Origin: an uncultured Actinomycetota bacterium
GTDB taxonomy: Bacteria > Actinomycetota > Actinomycetes > JAHEKZ01
Length of the DNA: 64,000 nucleotides
Assembly: GCA_963743915.1 (NCBI GenBank)
Contig: CAVURN010000005.1
Location: 160,001 to 224,000, forward strand
Direction: 5' to 3'
Shown: in pieces, positions 20,291-31,600 of the stretch
Layout: every line of letters begins with the position of its first letter
Numbering within the stretch: the stretch's first letter is position 1
Notes under the pieces: model-generated
The model's input: only the letters and a program-made list of their open reading frames with translations
Databases searched by the model: none
What the model was told of the DNA's origin: nothing
Translations under genes and position numbers: made by a program

Positions 20291-21285
20291 ATGGGTGTCC
20301 CCATCTCGACGTTCACCGGCCTCGCCGTCGGCGCGCTGCTGCTGGTCGGGTGCTCGACGGAGGCAACACCTGAGGGCGCGAATCCCACCCCGGCACCGCC
20401 GCCCGTCACCGAGTCGGGCACCGCGTGCCGAGCGCGCCGCACTCAACGCCGTCCACCACCGAGGCGAGTCCCGCGCGCGCAGAGTTCGAGGTAGGCCGCG
20501 TGCTGGTCACCGTCCGCCGGCTGGCTGGACGCATAGGCCCTCGCGAGGCGACGTCGGCGGCCTACGACCGGGCCGCAGTCGATGTCGCCTCGCGCTGGCG
20601 GTCACTGGGCTACGTGGTGAGCGAGCAGCACTTCACGGTTCCCGAGGGCGTGTCATGGGGCGTTCCCGTCCCCCGCGGGCGGACCCGCAACGTGGTAGCG
20701 GCCCCCGTCGGGTTCGACCCCCGGCAGCCCTACGTCATCGTGGGGGCTCACCTCGACACCGTGCCCCAGGCACCAGGTGCTGAGGACAACGCCTCGGGTG
20801 TCTCGGTGCTGATGGAGCTGTCGCGGATGGCTGTCGTGGAGGAACCAACGCTGCCGACGGTGTTCGTCGCCTTCGGCGCCGAGGAGCCGCGCGGCTCGGG
20901 GGACGACTGGCACCACTTCGGGTCACGCATCTACACCGCGCGGATGTCCGAGTCGGAGCGGCGGAACCTGGTCGCGATGGTGTCGCTCGACCGCGTCGGT
21001 GTCGGCGCAGCGGTTCCGATCTGCGGCGGAGGCGTCACTGACGACGGTGTCGTCCGGGACCTGCGGCGTGCAGCCCGGCATGTCGGAGTTCCGACAGTGT
21101 CGTGCGGCGTCAACCGGTCCAGTGACCACTGGTCGTTCGAGCGCGCCGGACTGCCCGCAGCCCGACTGGGGTCGACCGCCTACGCGGCCTACCACTCACC
21201 GGCTGACCGGCCGGCCGTCGTCCAGCCGGCCCAGCTGCGACGCACAGGATTGGTCGCCTGGAGGTTCCTCACTTCTCGGCGCTGA
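20291..21285 (+). CDS. M28 aminopeptidase-family lipoprotein (frameshift near 20430)
   Basis: LLVGC lipobox; GAHLD, PGAEDNASG, GAEE, SDH, YHS..D. Confidence 0.88.
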
Positions 21286-22673
21286 GGCTGCCGTAGCTGT
21301 TCGACCACACGTCGTCGAGGATCTGCGCTTCTCGCTCACCGCTGACGAACCGGGGCGCGAAGTCCTCCCCGATCACCACCGGCCGAGGAGTGGCCGCCAT
21401 GAGCTCGCCGTCCCAGTAGGTCAGGTCGAGGACGATCCCCTCCATCGTCGGCTGCGAGAAGTCCATGTCGAACACGAAGTTGCCCAGCGAGTACGCGACG
21501 AACGAGGTGCCGACCATCTCGGCCCCCTGCACCCAGTGCGGGTGACCACCCACGACCACATCAGCCCCTGCGGCCGCCAGTCGGCGCGCGACCTGTCGCT
21601 GCACCTTCAGCGGGCGACTCGTGTACTGGTCACCCCAGTGCGGCAGGACGATCACGGCGTCCGTGTGCGAGCTGACCTCCCGGACCCGGGCCACGATCGC
21701 CCGCAGGTCGTCGCGGTTCAAGGGCCCGGTGCGGGGAGGCATGCGCAGCTGGGCGGTTCCCGGTGAGTCGGCGGTGGCCGCTGGACTCTCGCCGATGGCG
21801 TTGAACGCGACGATTCCGAGGCTCATACCGCGCGCTTCGATCACTACCGGTCGGAGCGCCTCGCGACGGTTCATCCCCGCACCCACGTGTGTGAAGCCGC
21901 CGGCTTCGACCCGGTTCAGTGTGTCGACCAGCGCACGGTCGCCGTAGTCACCCACATGGTTGTTGGCGAGCGACAGGACGTCGAAACCGGCCAGGGCGAG
22001 CCCCCGACGCACTTGCGGGTCGGCGCCGAAGGAGTCCGAGCCCCTGAGTCGGCGTCCCGTTCCGGGACAACGTCGACTCGAGGTTGCCGATGGTGAGATC
22101 CGCGGCCGCCAGCTCCCGCGCAGTCGGTCGGAGTGGCGCGGCGTGGTCCCCGTTCATCGCGTCCGCCACCCCGCGGGCGAGCATGATGTCGCCCGTGACC
22201 GTGATCGTCACCGGGCGTGGGGGACGTACACCCTCGACGAGCAGCGGGTACTCCGCAGGCGTTCGCAGCGGATCGGCACCGTCCACGGTCATCACCGTCA
22301 CCCGCGGGTCCACCGCGTCCGCGCGGACGACACCGATGGCCCTTGGGTCGCGCGCCACCTGCCGCACCACACTCTCCGCCGAGCCCCCGGACAGGTGGCG
22401 CACTCGACCTGCCGTCCCGTCGATGTCGTCCCAGCGTGCGACGGCGCCCTCCCGCAGCTTGCCGGCGTCCCGCGCCGAGACGTCGATCGACCCCCTCGAA
22501 GGGTGCACCACGAGGGCCAGGGGCATCCGTGCGAGGACACCTGACGTCGAGGGCGCGGGAGCGACGGCTGATGGCGTGGTCGGTCGCTCACCTACGAGGG
22601 TCGGCTCGGTGCACCCCACAAGCAGTCCGACAGCGATGACCGCCGGGCAGATGGTGCGGAGTCGGTGCCTCAC
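21269..22673 (-). CDS. CapA-family metallophosphoesterase lipoprotein (frameshift near 22045)
   Basis: GDIML, GNLE, SLANNH..DYG, HWG, GGHPHW, YSLGNFVFD. Confidence 0.9.
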
Positions 22674-22715
22674 CCGGCCAGCGTGGCAGGGTTCGGTGAG
22701 AACCGGTCACCTGAG

Positions 22716-23165
22716 TCAGGGGAGGATCGCCGTGCGGGCGGTGGCGGAGGCCGACACCTGCGCGCTCCCCGTGACGCCTAGCGTGGCGGTGTTGGCGACG
22801 GGAAGGTCATAGGTCGCGCTCACCGACACCGACACCGTGGTCGGCGTCGTCTCCACACGCACGATGAGGGCTTCACCGGCCAGGCCGGCATTGCTCAGGT
22901 ACTCGTCCACGGCGGAGCGCGCCGCACCCTCATCGAGCGGGAGAGGGCCGGACGTCGGCAGGCCCTGGGTGTAGATGGTCTCCTCGTCGACCGCTTGCGC
23001 ACCGGCGAGCGCCGCACCGTCGGCCGCGGACACGAGGTCGCGTCGTTGCAGGTAGAGCGCAGTGACATCAGTGACCACTGCGACCAGCAGTCCGACGACC
23101 GCCACCAGGCCGACGATCAGCAAGAGGACGGTGCCCTCGTCGTCAGCGCGAATCGTCCACCTCAC
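22716..23165 (-). CDS. TadG-like pilus protein
   Basis: DEG-hydrophobic N-terminus, AADGAALAGA. Confidence 0.85.
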   Translation of the reverse strand: MRWTIRADDEGTVLLLIVGLVAVVGLLVAVVTDVTALYLQRRDLVSAADGAALAGAQAVDEETIYTQGLPTSGPLPLDEGAARSAVDEYLSNAGLAGEALIVRVETTPTTVSVSVSATYDLPVANTATLGVTGSAQVSASATARTAILP

Positions 23166-23596
23166 GGTCGAACCTCGGAGTAGCGGTCGACGACCTGGGT
23201 GTGGGTCGCCGACACCGGGATGCTCGCCAGTCCGTGGTCGGCGAACGATGGCAGGAACGGAAGTGACACCTGGGTGCGGAACGTCACTTGCACGGTGGCG
23301 CCGGGCGTCAGACAGGGAGACGCCGAGCAGGAGATGGCCATCACCCCGTCGCCGGGTTCGATGCCGTGGTCCCCCAGAGTGATCTGCGCGGCCGCCGCTG
23401 CGCGACCTTCCGCCTCGGCGGTGGAGGGTGCGCGGACGAAGACACGCGCAGCCTCGCGTGTGGAGGCGTTGGCGCCGTAGGCGACGCGCTGAACGTCGAA
23501 CACCGCCAGCAGCAGGTAGCAGAGGGGAACTGCCAGCGTGACGGCGAGGACCAGGAACTCGACCATCGCTGCCCCGTCGTCGGTTCGCCGTCTCAC
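23162..23596 (-). CDS. TadE-like pseudopilin
   Basis: DDG/AAMVEF prepilin motif, REAAR, CSASPC. Confidence 0.85.
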   Translation of the reverse strand: MRRRTDDGAAMVEFLVLAVTLAVPLCYLLLAVFDVQRVAYGANASTREAARVFVRAPSTAEAEGRAAAAAQITLGDHGIEPGDGVMAISCSASPCLTPGATVQVTFRTQVSLPFLPSFADHGLASIPVSATHTQVVDRYSEVRP

Positions 23597-23979
23597 GACT
23601 CCTCCATCGCGTGACCAGCGACCTGCAAGGCGCCTGATGGCCCCAGCCATCCGAGAACCGGAAGGTCCGCGCGCACCTCGACCACCACCGTCGGGACGCC
23701 GCCGACCGTCTCGTAGCCGGCCGTGACGTCGGTTGCGTAGGCGTCGGGGAGGCTCTGGCGGATCAGGCGCTGGGTGTGCAGGGCACCGTCGGACGGCTCC
23801 CGGTCCGCGGCCGCGGCGAACCGCGCCCCTTCCCCGGCAGCCGACACCAGCGTGTTCCGGATGTGAAGTGCGACCGCGAGCTGGACCACGGCCAGCATCA
23901 GGGCAAGCACCAGCACCGAGACGAGCACGAACTCGACGACCGCAGACCCGGAGTCGTCCGGATCAGGGACCGGTGACAC
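23593..23979 (-). CDS. TadE-like pseudopilin
   Basis: DSG/SAVVEFV, AAGEGAR. Confidence 0.88.
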   Translation of the reverse strand: MSPVPDPDDSGSAVVEFVLVSVLVLALMLAVVQLAVALHIRNTLVSAAGEGARFAAAADREPSDGALHTQRLIRQSLPDAYATDVTAGYETVGGVPTVVVEVRADLPVLGWLGPSGALQVAGHAMEES

Positions 23980-24148
23980 GACCCAGTGCCGAGGTGAAGA
24001 TCTCGCGCAGCTGATCATCGGCCACCAGCCAGAGGGCGGTGACGAGTCCAGCGGTCATCACGGTCACCAGCACCCAGCCTGGGACGTCCCCGGCGTCGTC
24101 TCCCGGATCGGGCAGCCTCGCGAACAGCTTGGCGATCAGTCGTCTCAT
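23963..24148 (-). CDS. Flp-like major pilin (G/DVPGW type)
   Basis: 61 aa, DDAG/DVPGWVLV plus hydrophobic helix, located after tadC; GGAGG RBS. Confidence 0.8.
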   Translation of the reverse strand: MRRLIAKLFARLPDPGDDAGDVPGWVLVTVMTAGLVTALWLVADDQLREIFTSALGRVTGP

Positions 24149-24172
24149 GTGTCTCTTCCTCCCGTGAACCGA

Positions 24173-25093
24173 CTACGAGCCGAGGGACAGCCCGTAGAAA
24201 CCTGGAAACAGCACGAACAGGACCGAGATCGGGAGGACGAGGAAGACGACGGGGACCATCATGGCGATCTCCTTGCGTCCCCCGGCCTCGATCAGTGCTC
24301 GACGGCTGGACTCGCGCGCGTCCATGGCCTGAGCCACCAGGACGTCTGCGAGTGGCGTCCCACGATCCACGGCGGCCACGACTGCGTCGACGAAACGTTG
24401 CAGCTCACCTACCGCATTGCGATCCGCCATTCGCTGCAGAGCCGGCACCAACGGCAGCCCCACGCGGACGTCGTCCAAGGTGCGCTCGAGCTCGGCGGCA
24501 ACTGTGCCCGAGCCGATGCGGCTCGTCCGCTCCAAGGCCGCGAGAAGGCCCGACCCAGCAGCCACCGCCATGGCGAGCAGCTCGATCACGGTCGGGAGCT
24601 CGCTGCGCATGCGATCCGCCCGCCGCTGAACTGCGACAGTCAGCGCACGGTCGCGAGCGAGGACCCCGGCGGCGAACGCCATGGTGATGATCACCAGGCT
24701 CGGCAACAAGTCCGTGGAAACGAGACCGCGCATGAGCATCAGCAGGGTGACTCCAGCACCGCCGGCCAAACCCCAGAGGAGTTGCTCCATCCGGAACTGC
24801 TCCACCGTGAGCGTGCCGCCAAGGGTGTCGATCCGACGCAGAGCAGCGCCTTCGCCACCCGCAAGCCACGCGATTCGGCGCGATGCCGCATGCACCGTGG
24901 AGATCACCCACTGGGGCTGCCACGCCGAGGCTGACGGACGCGAGGGTCCATCGGTCCAGAGCGCCCCCCGACGTCCGACGTACGGCGTGACACGCTCACG
25001 CAGCGAAGGCGGGGCCGCCGTCGGGACGTGATGCACCACGAGCCAAACCCCGAGCGCGAGACCCGCAACCGCGATCCAGAGGAGGGCTGTCAT
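24173..25093 (-). CDS. tadC: TadC-like T2SS-F membrane platform protein
   Basis: ELP..IELLA.AV.AG, RG.PLA.VL..QA, MMVPVVFL.LP. Confidence 0.88.
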   Translation of the reverse strand: MTALLWIAVAGLALGVWLVVHHVPTAAPPSLRERVTPYVGRRGALWTDGPSRPSASAWQPQWVISTVHAASRRIAWLAGGEGAALRRIDTLGGTLTVEQFRMEQLLWGLAGGAGVTLLMLMRGLVSTDLLPSLVIITMAFAAGVLARDRALTVAVQRRADRMRSELPTVIELLAMAVAAGSGLLAALERTSRIGSGTVAAELERTLDDVRVGLPLVPALQRMADRNAVGELQRFVDAVVAAVDRGTPLADVLVAQAMDARESSRRALIEAGGRKEIAMMVPVVFLVLPISVLFVLFPGFYGLSLGS

Positions 25094-25947
25094 CGCAGCA
25101 CCCGGGACTCGGAGGGCAGTCGGCCGAGGCGCATCATCAAGCGGTAGGCGACGAGTGAGATGACCGCCCCGAAGGTCAGCACCAGTGCACCGGCCGCGGA
25201 GTTGTAGGCCTGCACCGCGGCCGGACGCGTCCCCAGCAGGATCAGCAGCACCCACGGAGCCGACACCGCTAGTCGAGCAGCGTTGACCGTCCAGCTCTGA
25301 CGGCTCTCCAGCTCGCCACGCACCCTCGCGTCGTCACGGAGGAACGCGGCCAAGGTGCGCAGCAGCCGCCCGAGGTCGCTGCCCCCCACCTCGCGCGCCA
25401 GCCGCAGGGTCTCGACCACGCGGTCCCCCACCGGGTCCGCGAGTGACTCCTTCAACAGATCGAGCGACTCAGCGAAACGTCCTGATGTCCGGTACTCGGC
25501 GTCGAACGCAGAGAATCCAGGACGTAACGACTCCGGCCCCTGTGCCGCCAGCTGACTGATCGCCTCGGGCAGAGACAGTCCGGCCCGGACGCCCGAGGCG
25601 AGATTCTCGATGGCGTCCGGCCACACCAGGCGCAACGCCTCCTGCCGACGTCGCTGCAGGTGCTTGACCCAGACGAAGGGCAACGGGCTCACCATGAGAC
25701 CGATGGCACCGGCGATGACCATCGAGTGTGAGACAACGAGGACCATGCCCCCCGTCACGAGGCCCGTCGTGGCACAGATCGTCAACAGCCGAGCGGGCGA
25801 GACGTGTGCGAGGCCGGCCTCGCTGAGCAGCTCGCTCAGACGTGAACGACGCCGGCGCACCACGACCGTCGCTGGCACGATCCACCACCACACGACGAGG
25901 CCAACTCCCAGGCCGGTCATCAGACCGATCAGCACCGGGCTCACCAC
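25090..25947 (-). CDS. tadB: TadB-like T2SS-F membrane platform protein
   Basis: WPD....L.SGVRAG.SLPEA, REVGG.DLG. Confidence 0.88.
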   Translation of the reverse strand: MVSPVLIGLMTGLGVGLVVWWWIVPATVVVRRRRSRLSELLSEAGLAHVSPARLLTICATTGLVTGGMVLVVSHSMVIAGAIGLMVSPLPFVWVKHLQRRRQEALRLVWPDAIENLASGVRAGLSLPEAISQLAAQGPESLRPGFSAFDAEYRTSGRFAESLDLLKESLADPVGDRVVETLRLAREVGGSDLGRLLRTLAAFLRDDARVRGELESRQSWTVNAARLAVSAPWVLLILLGTRPAAVQAYNSAAGALVLTFGAVISLVAYRLMMRLGRLPSESRVLR

Positions 25948-27173
25948 TGATTCCCGGCAGCGAGCAGAGCCGACAGGTCGTGACCCCGTTCGCGGAATCG
26001 CTCCGGATGACGGGGGAACCCCTGTCCCCGTGCCAGACGATGCCCATCCCAGGCAAAGAGGTGCTCAAGCTCGATCACGTCCGCTTCGACACGCCCCGTG
26101 ACCGCAGCGATCTCACGAACCCGACGACGTCCCGCAGCGTCCGTCATCGCGTGGACCACCAGGTCAACCGAGGAGGAGACAGTAGGCACGACGAAGGCAT
26201 GACTGACGTTCTCACCCGCGAGGAGCGGGAGAGTGCAGAGCTTGGTCACTGCCTCGCGCGCGGAATTCGCGTGCAGAGAGCACATGCCGGGGAGCCCGCT
26301 GTTGAGGGCGATGAGGAGGTCCAAGCACTCCTCTTGTCGGATCTCCCCCACGATGATCCGTGAGGGGCGCATACGCAGCGCCTCCTTCACCAGACGCCGC
26401 AACCTGATCTCGCCGGTTCCCTCCAGGCTCGGCTGCCGCGTCTGCATGGAGACCACGTCGGGCAGCGGGATCCGGAGCTCGAAGACCTCCTCGACCGTGA
26501 CGACCCGCTCATCGGAAGGGATCGCGGCTGCCAGGCAGTTCAGCAGAGTCGTCTTCCCCGCTTGTGTGCCTCCCGCGACGATGATGTTCAGTCCACTCGC
26601 GACCGCGGCGTCGAGAAATGCGGCTGCCTGTGCGGTCAAGGTCCCCAGACCAACGAGCTGGTCGAGCCGCTCGGCTCTGACCACGAACTTGCGGATGTTG
26701 ACCGCCCAGTGCTGACGCGTGATGTCGGGGATGACGACGTGCACACGACTTCCATCGGGAAGGGTCGCATCGACGAAGGGCGAGCTGAGGTCGACGCGAC
26801 GATTCGACGGCTTGAGCATTCGCTCAACGAGATCGCGCACCTGGGCGCTGGTCAGGAGCGTGGGTGTGAGCTCACTCCGCCCGGAGCGGGCGACGAAGAC
26901 ACGGCCGGGCTCATTGATCCAGATCTCCTCGACCTCGGGATCGTCGAGGTATCGCTGCAACGGACCGAGCCCAGCCACGGCGTCCACGACGTCCTGGGCC
27001 ACGGCGGCACCATCGGAGAGGGGAAGAGCCTGGCTGCTCAGGCTGCGCTCGGCGTAGTCGGCCAGGACCTCGTCGACCACCCTGCGCACCGAACCGGGGT
27101 CGGACAACGGGTCGATCCCCCGGACGCGGACGCGGTTGCGCACCTCGTCCTCGACAGCAGACACCGCGTCCAT
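25941..27173 (-). CDS. tadA: TadA/CpaF pilus assembly ATPase
   Basis: GLGPL..YL.DP.VEEI.IN, GGTQAGKTT, LRMRP.RII.GE.R, SLHANS. Confidence 0.95.
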   Translation of the reverse strand: MDAVSAVEDEVRNRVRVRGIDPLSDPGSVRRVVDEVLADYAERSLSSQALPLSDGAAVAQDVVDAVAGLGPLQRYLDDPEVEEIWINEPGRVFVARSGRSELTPTLLTSAQVRDLVERMLKPSNRRVDLSSPFVDATLPDGSRVHVVIPDITRQHWAVNIRKFVVRAERLDQLVGLGTLTAQAAAFLDAAVASGLNIIVAGGTQAGKTTLLNCLAAAIPSDERVVTVEEVFELRIPLPDVVSMQTRQPSLEGTGEIRLRRLVKEALRMRPSRIIVGEIRQEECLDLLIALNSGLPGMCSLHANSAREAVTKLCTLPLLAGENVSHAFVVPTVSSSVDLVVHAMTDAAGRRRVREIAAVTGRVEADVIELEHLFAWDGHRLARGQGFPRHPERFRERGHDLSALLAAGNQW

Positions 27174-27251
27174 CCCCCACCCCCCTTGGCCTCTGCAGGT
27201 CCGGGGAGCCTAGAGATCAACAACGGGCGCCCTCAACCACTTCGACGGAAC

Positions 27252-27260
27252 TGTGGACAA
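27252..27260 (-). promoter_or_regulatory. DnaA-box-like TTGTCCACA, 39 nt upstream of the TAGGCT -10 (27207-27212) of tadA
   Basis: Exact match to the actinobacterial DnaA box consensus. Confidence 0.6.
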
Positions 27261-27305
27261 GGCCGCCCATCAGGAGTAGCGAATGCGCGGAGACAGGAGG
27301 AGCTC

Positions 27306-27361
27306 TCACGCTCGGTCACATCGTTGTTGGCTCGCTGTAGCGGGGAACGCACACTGAGTGA
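27306..27361. promoter_or_regulatory. Two BldD-like boxes (TCAC-GCTCG-GTCA; GCAC-ACTGA-GTGA)
   Basis: TnAC-N5-GTnA pattern (second copy has 1 mismatch) upstream of the tad operon. Confidence 0.4.
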
Positions 27362-27436
27362 TGCGCGGGGCTCAGCGTGCACTGATGAGTAGCGCGAAAC
27401 CTGCATAGAACGGCGGCGGTGTCACAGGGCACCCGG

Positions 27437-28630
27437 TCAGAGGGTGGCGAGGAAGCGGTCCACGTCTGAATCATCGGAGTAGTGGGCCAGGCTCACCCGG
27501 ACGGCGCTCCCGCTGTCGCGGATGCCCAGTGCCCCGGTGACCTCCCACGCGTAGTTGTGGCCGTGCCACGCGGTGATGTCGGCGTCGGCTAGACGCTGTG
27601 CGGTCTGCTCCGGCGTCTCGCCGGCCACCCGGAAGTAGACGGTTGCCGTCCGGTTCTTGGGGCGTCCGTAGAGCGTGATCCGCTCGTCGGCCTCGAGGGC
27701 GTCGAGCATCCGACCCAGCAGTCGGGTCTCGTTCTCGTGCGCGGCGCCGATCGACGCCACGATCCGCTCGCGTCGACTGCCGGTGGCGGCCTCGTCGAGC
27801 GCCGCGAGGTGGTCGACGGCCGCCGTGACCCCGGCGAAGTTCGCGAACGACGGGGTGCCCCACTCGAACCGGTCGGGCACGTCGTTCGACGACGACGCGA
27901 GCTTGAAGGGGTGGATGCTCTCCAGCAGCGCCGGGTCGGCGATCAGGCAGCCCACGTGCGGGCCGTCCCACTTGTAGGCGCTGGTCAGGTAGAAGTCGCT
28001 GCCGAGCTCGGCGATGTCGACCACTCCGTGCGCCGTGCTGTGGACGCCGTCGACGTACGCCAGCGCTCCCACCGCGTGCGCCTGGTCGGTGATGGCCCGG
28101 ACGTCGGGCCGGGTGCCGAGCACGTTGCTGGCCCCGGTGACCGCAACCACCTTGGTGCGCTCGTCGAGCAGCTCGGCGTACTGCTCGGTCGGCAGCTCAC
28201 CGGTCTCGACGTCGATCCGCGCCCACCGCACCTCGACGCCCGACGCCTCGGCCCACTGGACCCACGGCCGCACGTTGGCGTCGTGGTCCAGCTGCGACAC
28301 CACCACGTTGTCCCCGCGCTGCCAGCCGAACGACAGCGCCTGCGCCACGCGGTAGGTCAACGTGGTCATGTTCGGCCCGAGCACGACTCCGGACGGCTCG
28401 GTCGCTCCCACGAGGTCGGCCACCGCCGCCCGCGCGGCGTCGGTGATCTCGTCGGCCGCCCGGCTGCTGGCGAACACCCCGCCGCCGTTGCTGGTGCCGG
28501 TGCGGTAGACGTCCGCAATCGCCTCGATGACCGAGGTCGGCGACTGGGTGCCGGCGGCCCCGTCGAGCCAGACCCGGTCGCCGGACAGTGCCGGGTAGAG
28601 CGCCCGAACCCGGGCGACGTCGTACACCAT
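27437..28630 (-). CDS. Cysteine desulfurase-like class V aminotransferase
   Basis: DGAAGTQ.P, LDHDANV.PW, ASN.LGT, VDGVH, SAYKW.GPH. Confidence 0.92.
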   Translation of the reverse strand: MVYDVARVRALYPALSGDRVWLDGAAGTQSPTSVIEAIADVYRTGTSNGGGVFASSRAADEITDAARAAVADLVGATEPSGVVLGPNMTTLTYRVAQALSFGWQRGDNVVVSQLDHDANVRPWVQWAEASGVEVRWARIDVETGELPTEQYAELLDERTKVVAVTGASNVLGTRPDVRAITDQAHAVGALAYVDGVHSTAHGVVDIAELGSDFYLTSAYKWDGPHVGCLIADPALLESIHPFKLASSSNDVPDRFEWGTPSFANFAGVTAAVDHLAALDEAATGSRRERIVASIGAAHENETRLLGRMLDALEADERITLYGRPKNRTATVYFRVAGETPEQTAQRLADADITAWHGHNYAWEVTGALGIRDSGSAVRVSLAHYSDDSDVDRFLATL

Positions 28631-31600
28631 CTAGAACCTGCTTCCTCCGGAGGCGACCAGCGTGCGGATGACGCGCAGCGCGACCGAGATGGTCGCGAGG
28701 TCGAAGTTGTCGCCGGACGCGATCTCGTGCAGCGTCGTGCGGGCACGGGCCAAGCCCTCGGCGTTGGCGTTCTCCCAGTCCGTGATCCGCTCCTCCGGCG
28801 AACCGCCCTGCGCCGTAAGCGCCAGCACGTTGGCCGTGAGTCCGGCGAGCGCCTGGTACAGGTCGTAGCGGAGCGCCATGCGCGCGAGCGCGTGCCACCG
28901 CTCGTCTCGCGGCAGGTCGGTGATGCGGTTGAGCATCTTGTCGACCTCGAACCGGTCCGACAGCGCGAAGTAGAGGAAGCCGATGTCGTCAGCCTCCTCC
29001 CCCGTTGCGTTGGCCAGCTCGACGATGTCGAGCAGCGAGAACGCGTCAAGGTGCGCGGCCGTCAACAGCGCGAGCTCCTCTGGCACCCCCTGGGAGGTGT
29101 ACTCAGCAGCTCGGGCCTGCAGCCGCTCCTGCTCCGCACCCCTCAGCATCTCCGGGATCTCGCCGATGAGCCCCTTGACCTGGGCGAAGTGCTCGATCTC
29201 GGTCTCCACGTCGAGCAGCGAGCGACGGCTCTGCAGCAGCCAGCGGGTGGCCCGGTCGAGCAGCCGCCGGCTCTCCAGGTACAGGGCGGCCTGCGCCCGT
29301 ACGGGCACGCGGTTGTCGAGCTCGGAGACCTTCTCCCAGAAGGCGTCGAGGGCGAAGACCTCGCGCGCCACGGTGTGCGCACGGGCGATCTCGACCGGTG
29401 TCGCGCCGGTCTCCTCCATCGCCCGGAACCCGAAGGTGATGCCGCCGCGGTTGATGATCTGGTTGACGACGACCGTCGTGATGATCTCGCGACGCAGCGG
29501 GTGGGACTCGAGACGGTCCTCGTAGCGGTCGACGACCCCCTTGGGGAAGTACGCCTTCAGCACCCGCTGGAAGTAGGGCTCATCTGGAAGCGCGCTGTCG
29601 AGCAGGTCGTCGGCGAGCACCATCTTGGAATAGGCGACGAGCACCGCGAACTCCGGCGAGCTGAGTCCGCCGCCGGCGGCGTCACGGCGGTCGAGCTCGG
29701 CGTCGGAGGGAAGGAACTCCAGCTGACGGTCGAGTTCACCCCGCCGCTCGAGGTGGCGGATGAATCGCTTGTGCACCGGCAGCATCGAATGTGTCTGCGC
29801 CCGCGCATTGCTGAGCAGCACGTTCTGGCCGTAGTTGTGCTCGAGCACATGCTCGGCAACGTCGTCGGTCATCTCGGCCAGCAGCTCGTTCCGCTGCTTC
29901 TGGGTGAGATCACCGGAGCGGACCACCGCGTCGAGCAGGATCTTGATGTTCACCTCGTGGTCTGACGTGTCGACCCCTGCGGAGTTGTCGATCGCGTCGG
30001 TGTTGATCCGGACGCCGTTGCGCGACGCCTCGACGCGTCCGAGCTGGGTGAAGCCGAGGTTCCCGCCCTCGCCCACGACTTTCACGCGCAGGTCGCTGCC
30101 GTCGATGCGGATCGCGTCGTTCGCCTTGTCCCCCACGTTGGAGTTCGACTCCGTCGAGGCCTTCACGTAGGTGCCGATGCCACCGTTCCAGAGCAGGTCG
30201 ACCGGTGCCTTGAGGACCGCGCGCATGAGCTCCTGCGGCGTGAGAGCGGTGGTGCCGTCCGGCAGCGCCAGGACGGCGGCGACCTGCGGGCTGATCGGAA
30301 TCGACTTGAGCGTCCGGGCAAACACCCCGCCACCCTCGGAGATCAGGCTCTCGTCGTAGTCCTCCCAGCTCGACCGAGGGAGCTCGAACAGCCGCTTGCG
30401 CTCCGCGAACGACACCGCTGCGTCCGGGTTCGGGTCGAGGAAGACGTGGCGGTGGTCGAACGCGGCGACCAGCCGGATGTGCTCGGACAGCAGCATGCCG
30501 TTCCCGAACACGTCGCCGGACATGTCGCCGACTCCGATGACGGTGAAGTCCTCGCTCTGCGTGTCGACGTCCATCTCGCGGAAGTGGTGCTTGACCGACT
30601 CCCACGCGCCACGCGCCGTGATGCCCATGGCCTTGTGGTCGTACCCGACCGAGCCACCGGAGGCGAAGGCGTCGCCGAGCCAGAAGCCGTAGCTCTGCGC
30701 GATGCCGTTGGCGATGTCGGAGAACGTGGCCGTGCCCTTGTCGGCTGCCACGACGAGATAGGGGTCGTCACCGTCGTGGCGCACCACGTTGCGGCGGGGG
30801 CACGACGGCGGACTCGACCAGGTTGTCGGTGATGTCGAGCAGCGCGCTGATGAACGTGCGGTAGGACGCCACGCCCTCCGCGAGCCAGGCCTCCCTGCCG
30901 ACCACCGCCTGGTCCGGCAGGCGCTTCGGCAGGAAGCCGCCCTTGGCGCCGACCGGCACGATCACCGCGTTCTTGACCGCCTGCGCCTTCACCAGGCCGA
31001 GGATCTCGGTGCGGAAGTCCTCCCGACGGTCCGACCACCGCAGGCCGCCACGCGCCACGGCCCCGAACCGCAGGTGGACGCCCTCGACCCGCGGGGAGTA
31101 CACCCAGATCTCGAACCGCGGACGCGGCAGCGGCAGGTCCGGGACAAGGGTGGGATCGAGCTTGAACGACACGTAGGACTTCGGTTCGCCAGAATCGTCC
31201 ACCTGGAAGTAGTTCGTGCGCAGCGTGGCGTTGATCAGGGAGAGCAGCGACCGGATGATCCGGTCCTGGTCGAGGCTGCGCACCGCGTCCAGTCCCTGCA
31301 GCACCTGGTTCGTCAGGACCTCGGCGGACGCCTCGCGGTCGCCCTTCAGGTTCGGGTCGAGCCGCGTCTCGAAGAGCTCGACGAGCAGCCGGACCAGCGG
31401 CACGTGGGCCGCAAGAGCCTCCTCGATGTACTCCTGGCTGAACGTGGTGCCGGTCTGGCGCAGGTACTTGGCATACGCGCGGAGCACCATCGCCTGACGC
31501 CAGCGCAGACCCGCCGACACGACCAGGGCGTTGAAGCCGTCCGACTCCGCGCGCCCCGACCACACTGCGGCGAAGGCGTCCTGGAACAGGACCTTGAGGT

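Noticed and set aside
27737-29965. 742-aa plus-strand ORF
   Set aside because: Antisense shadow of gdh/desulfurase caused by high-GC codon bias; no motifs
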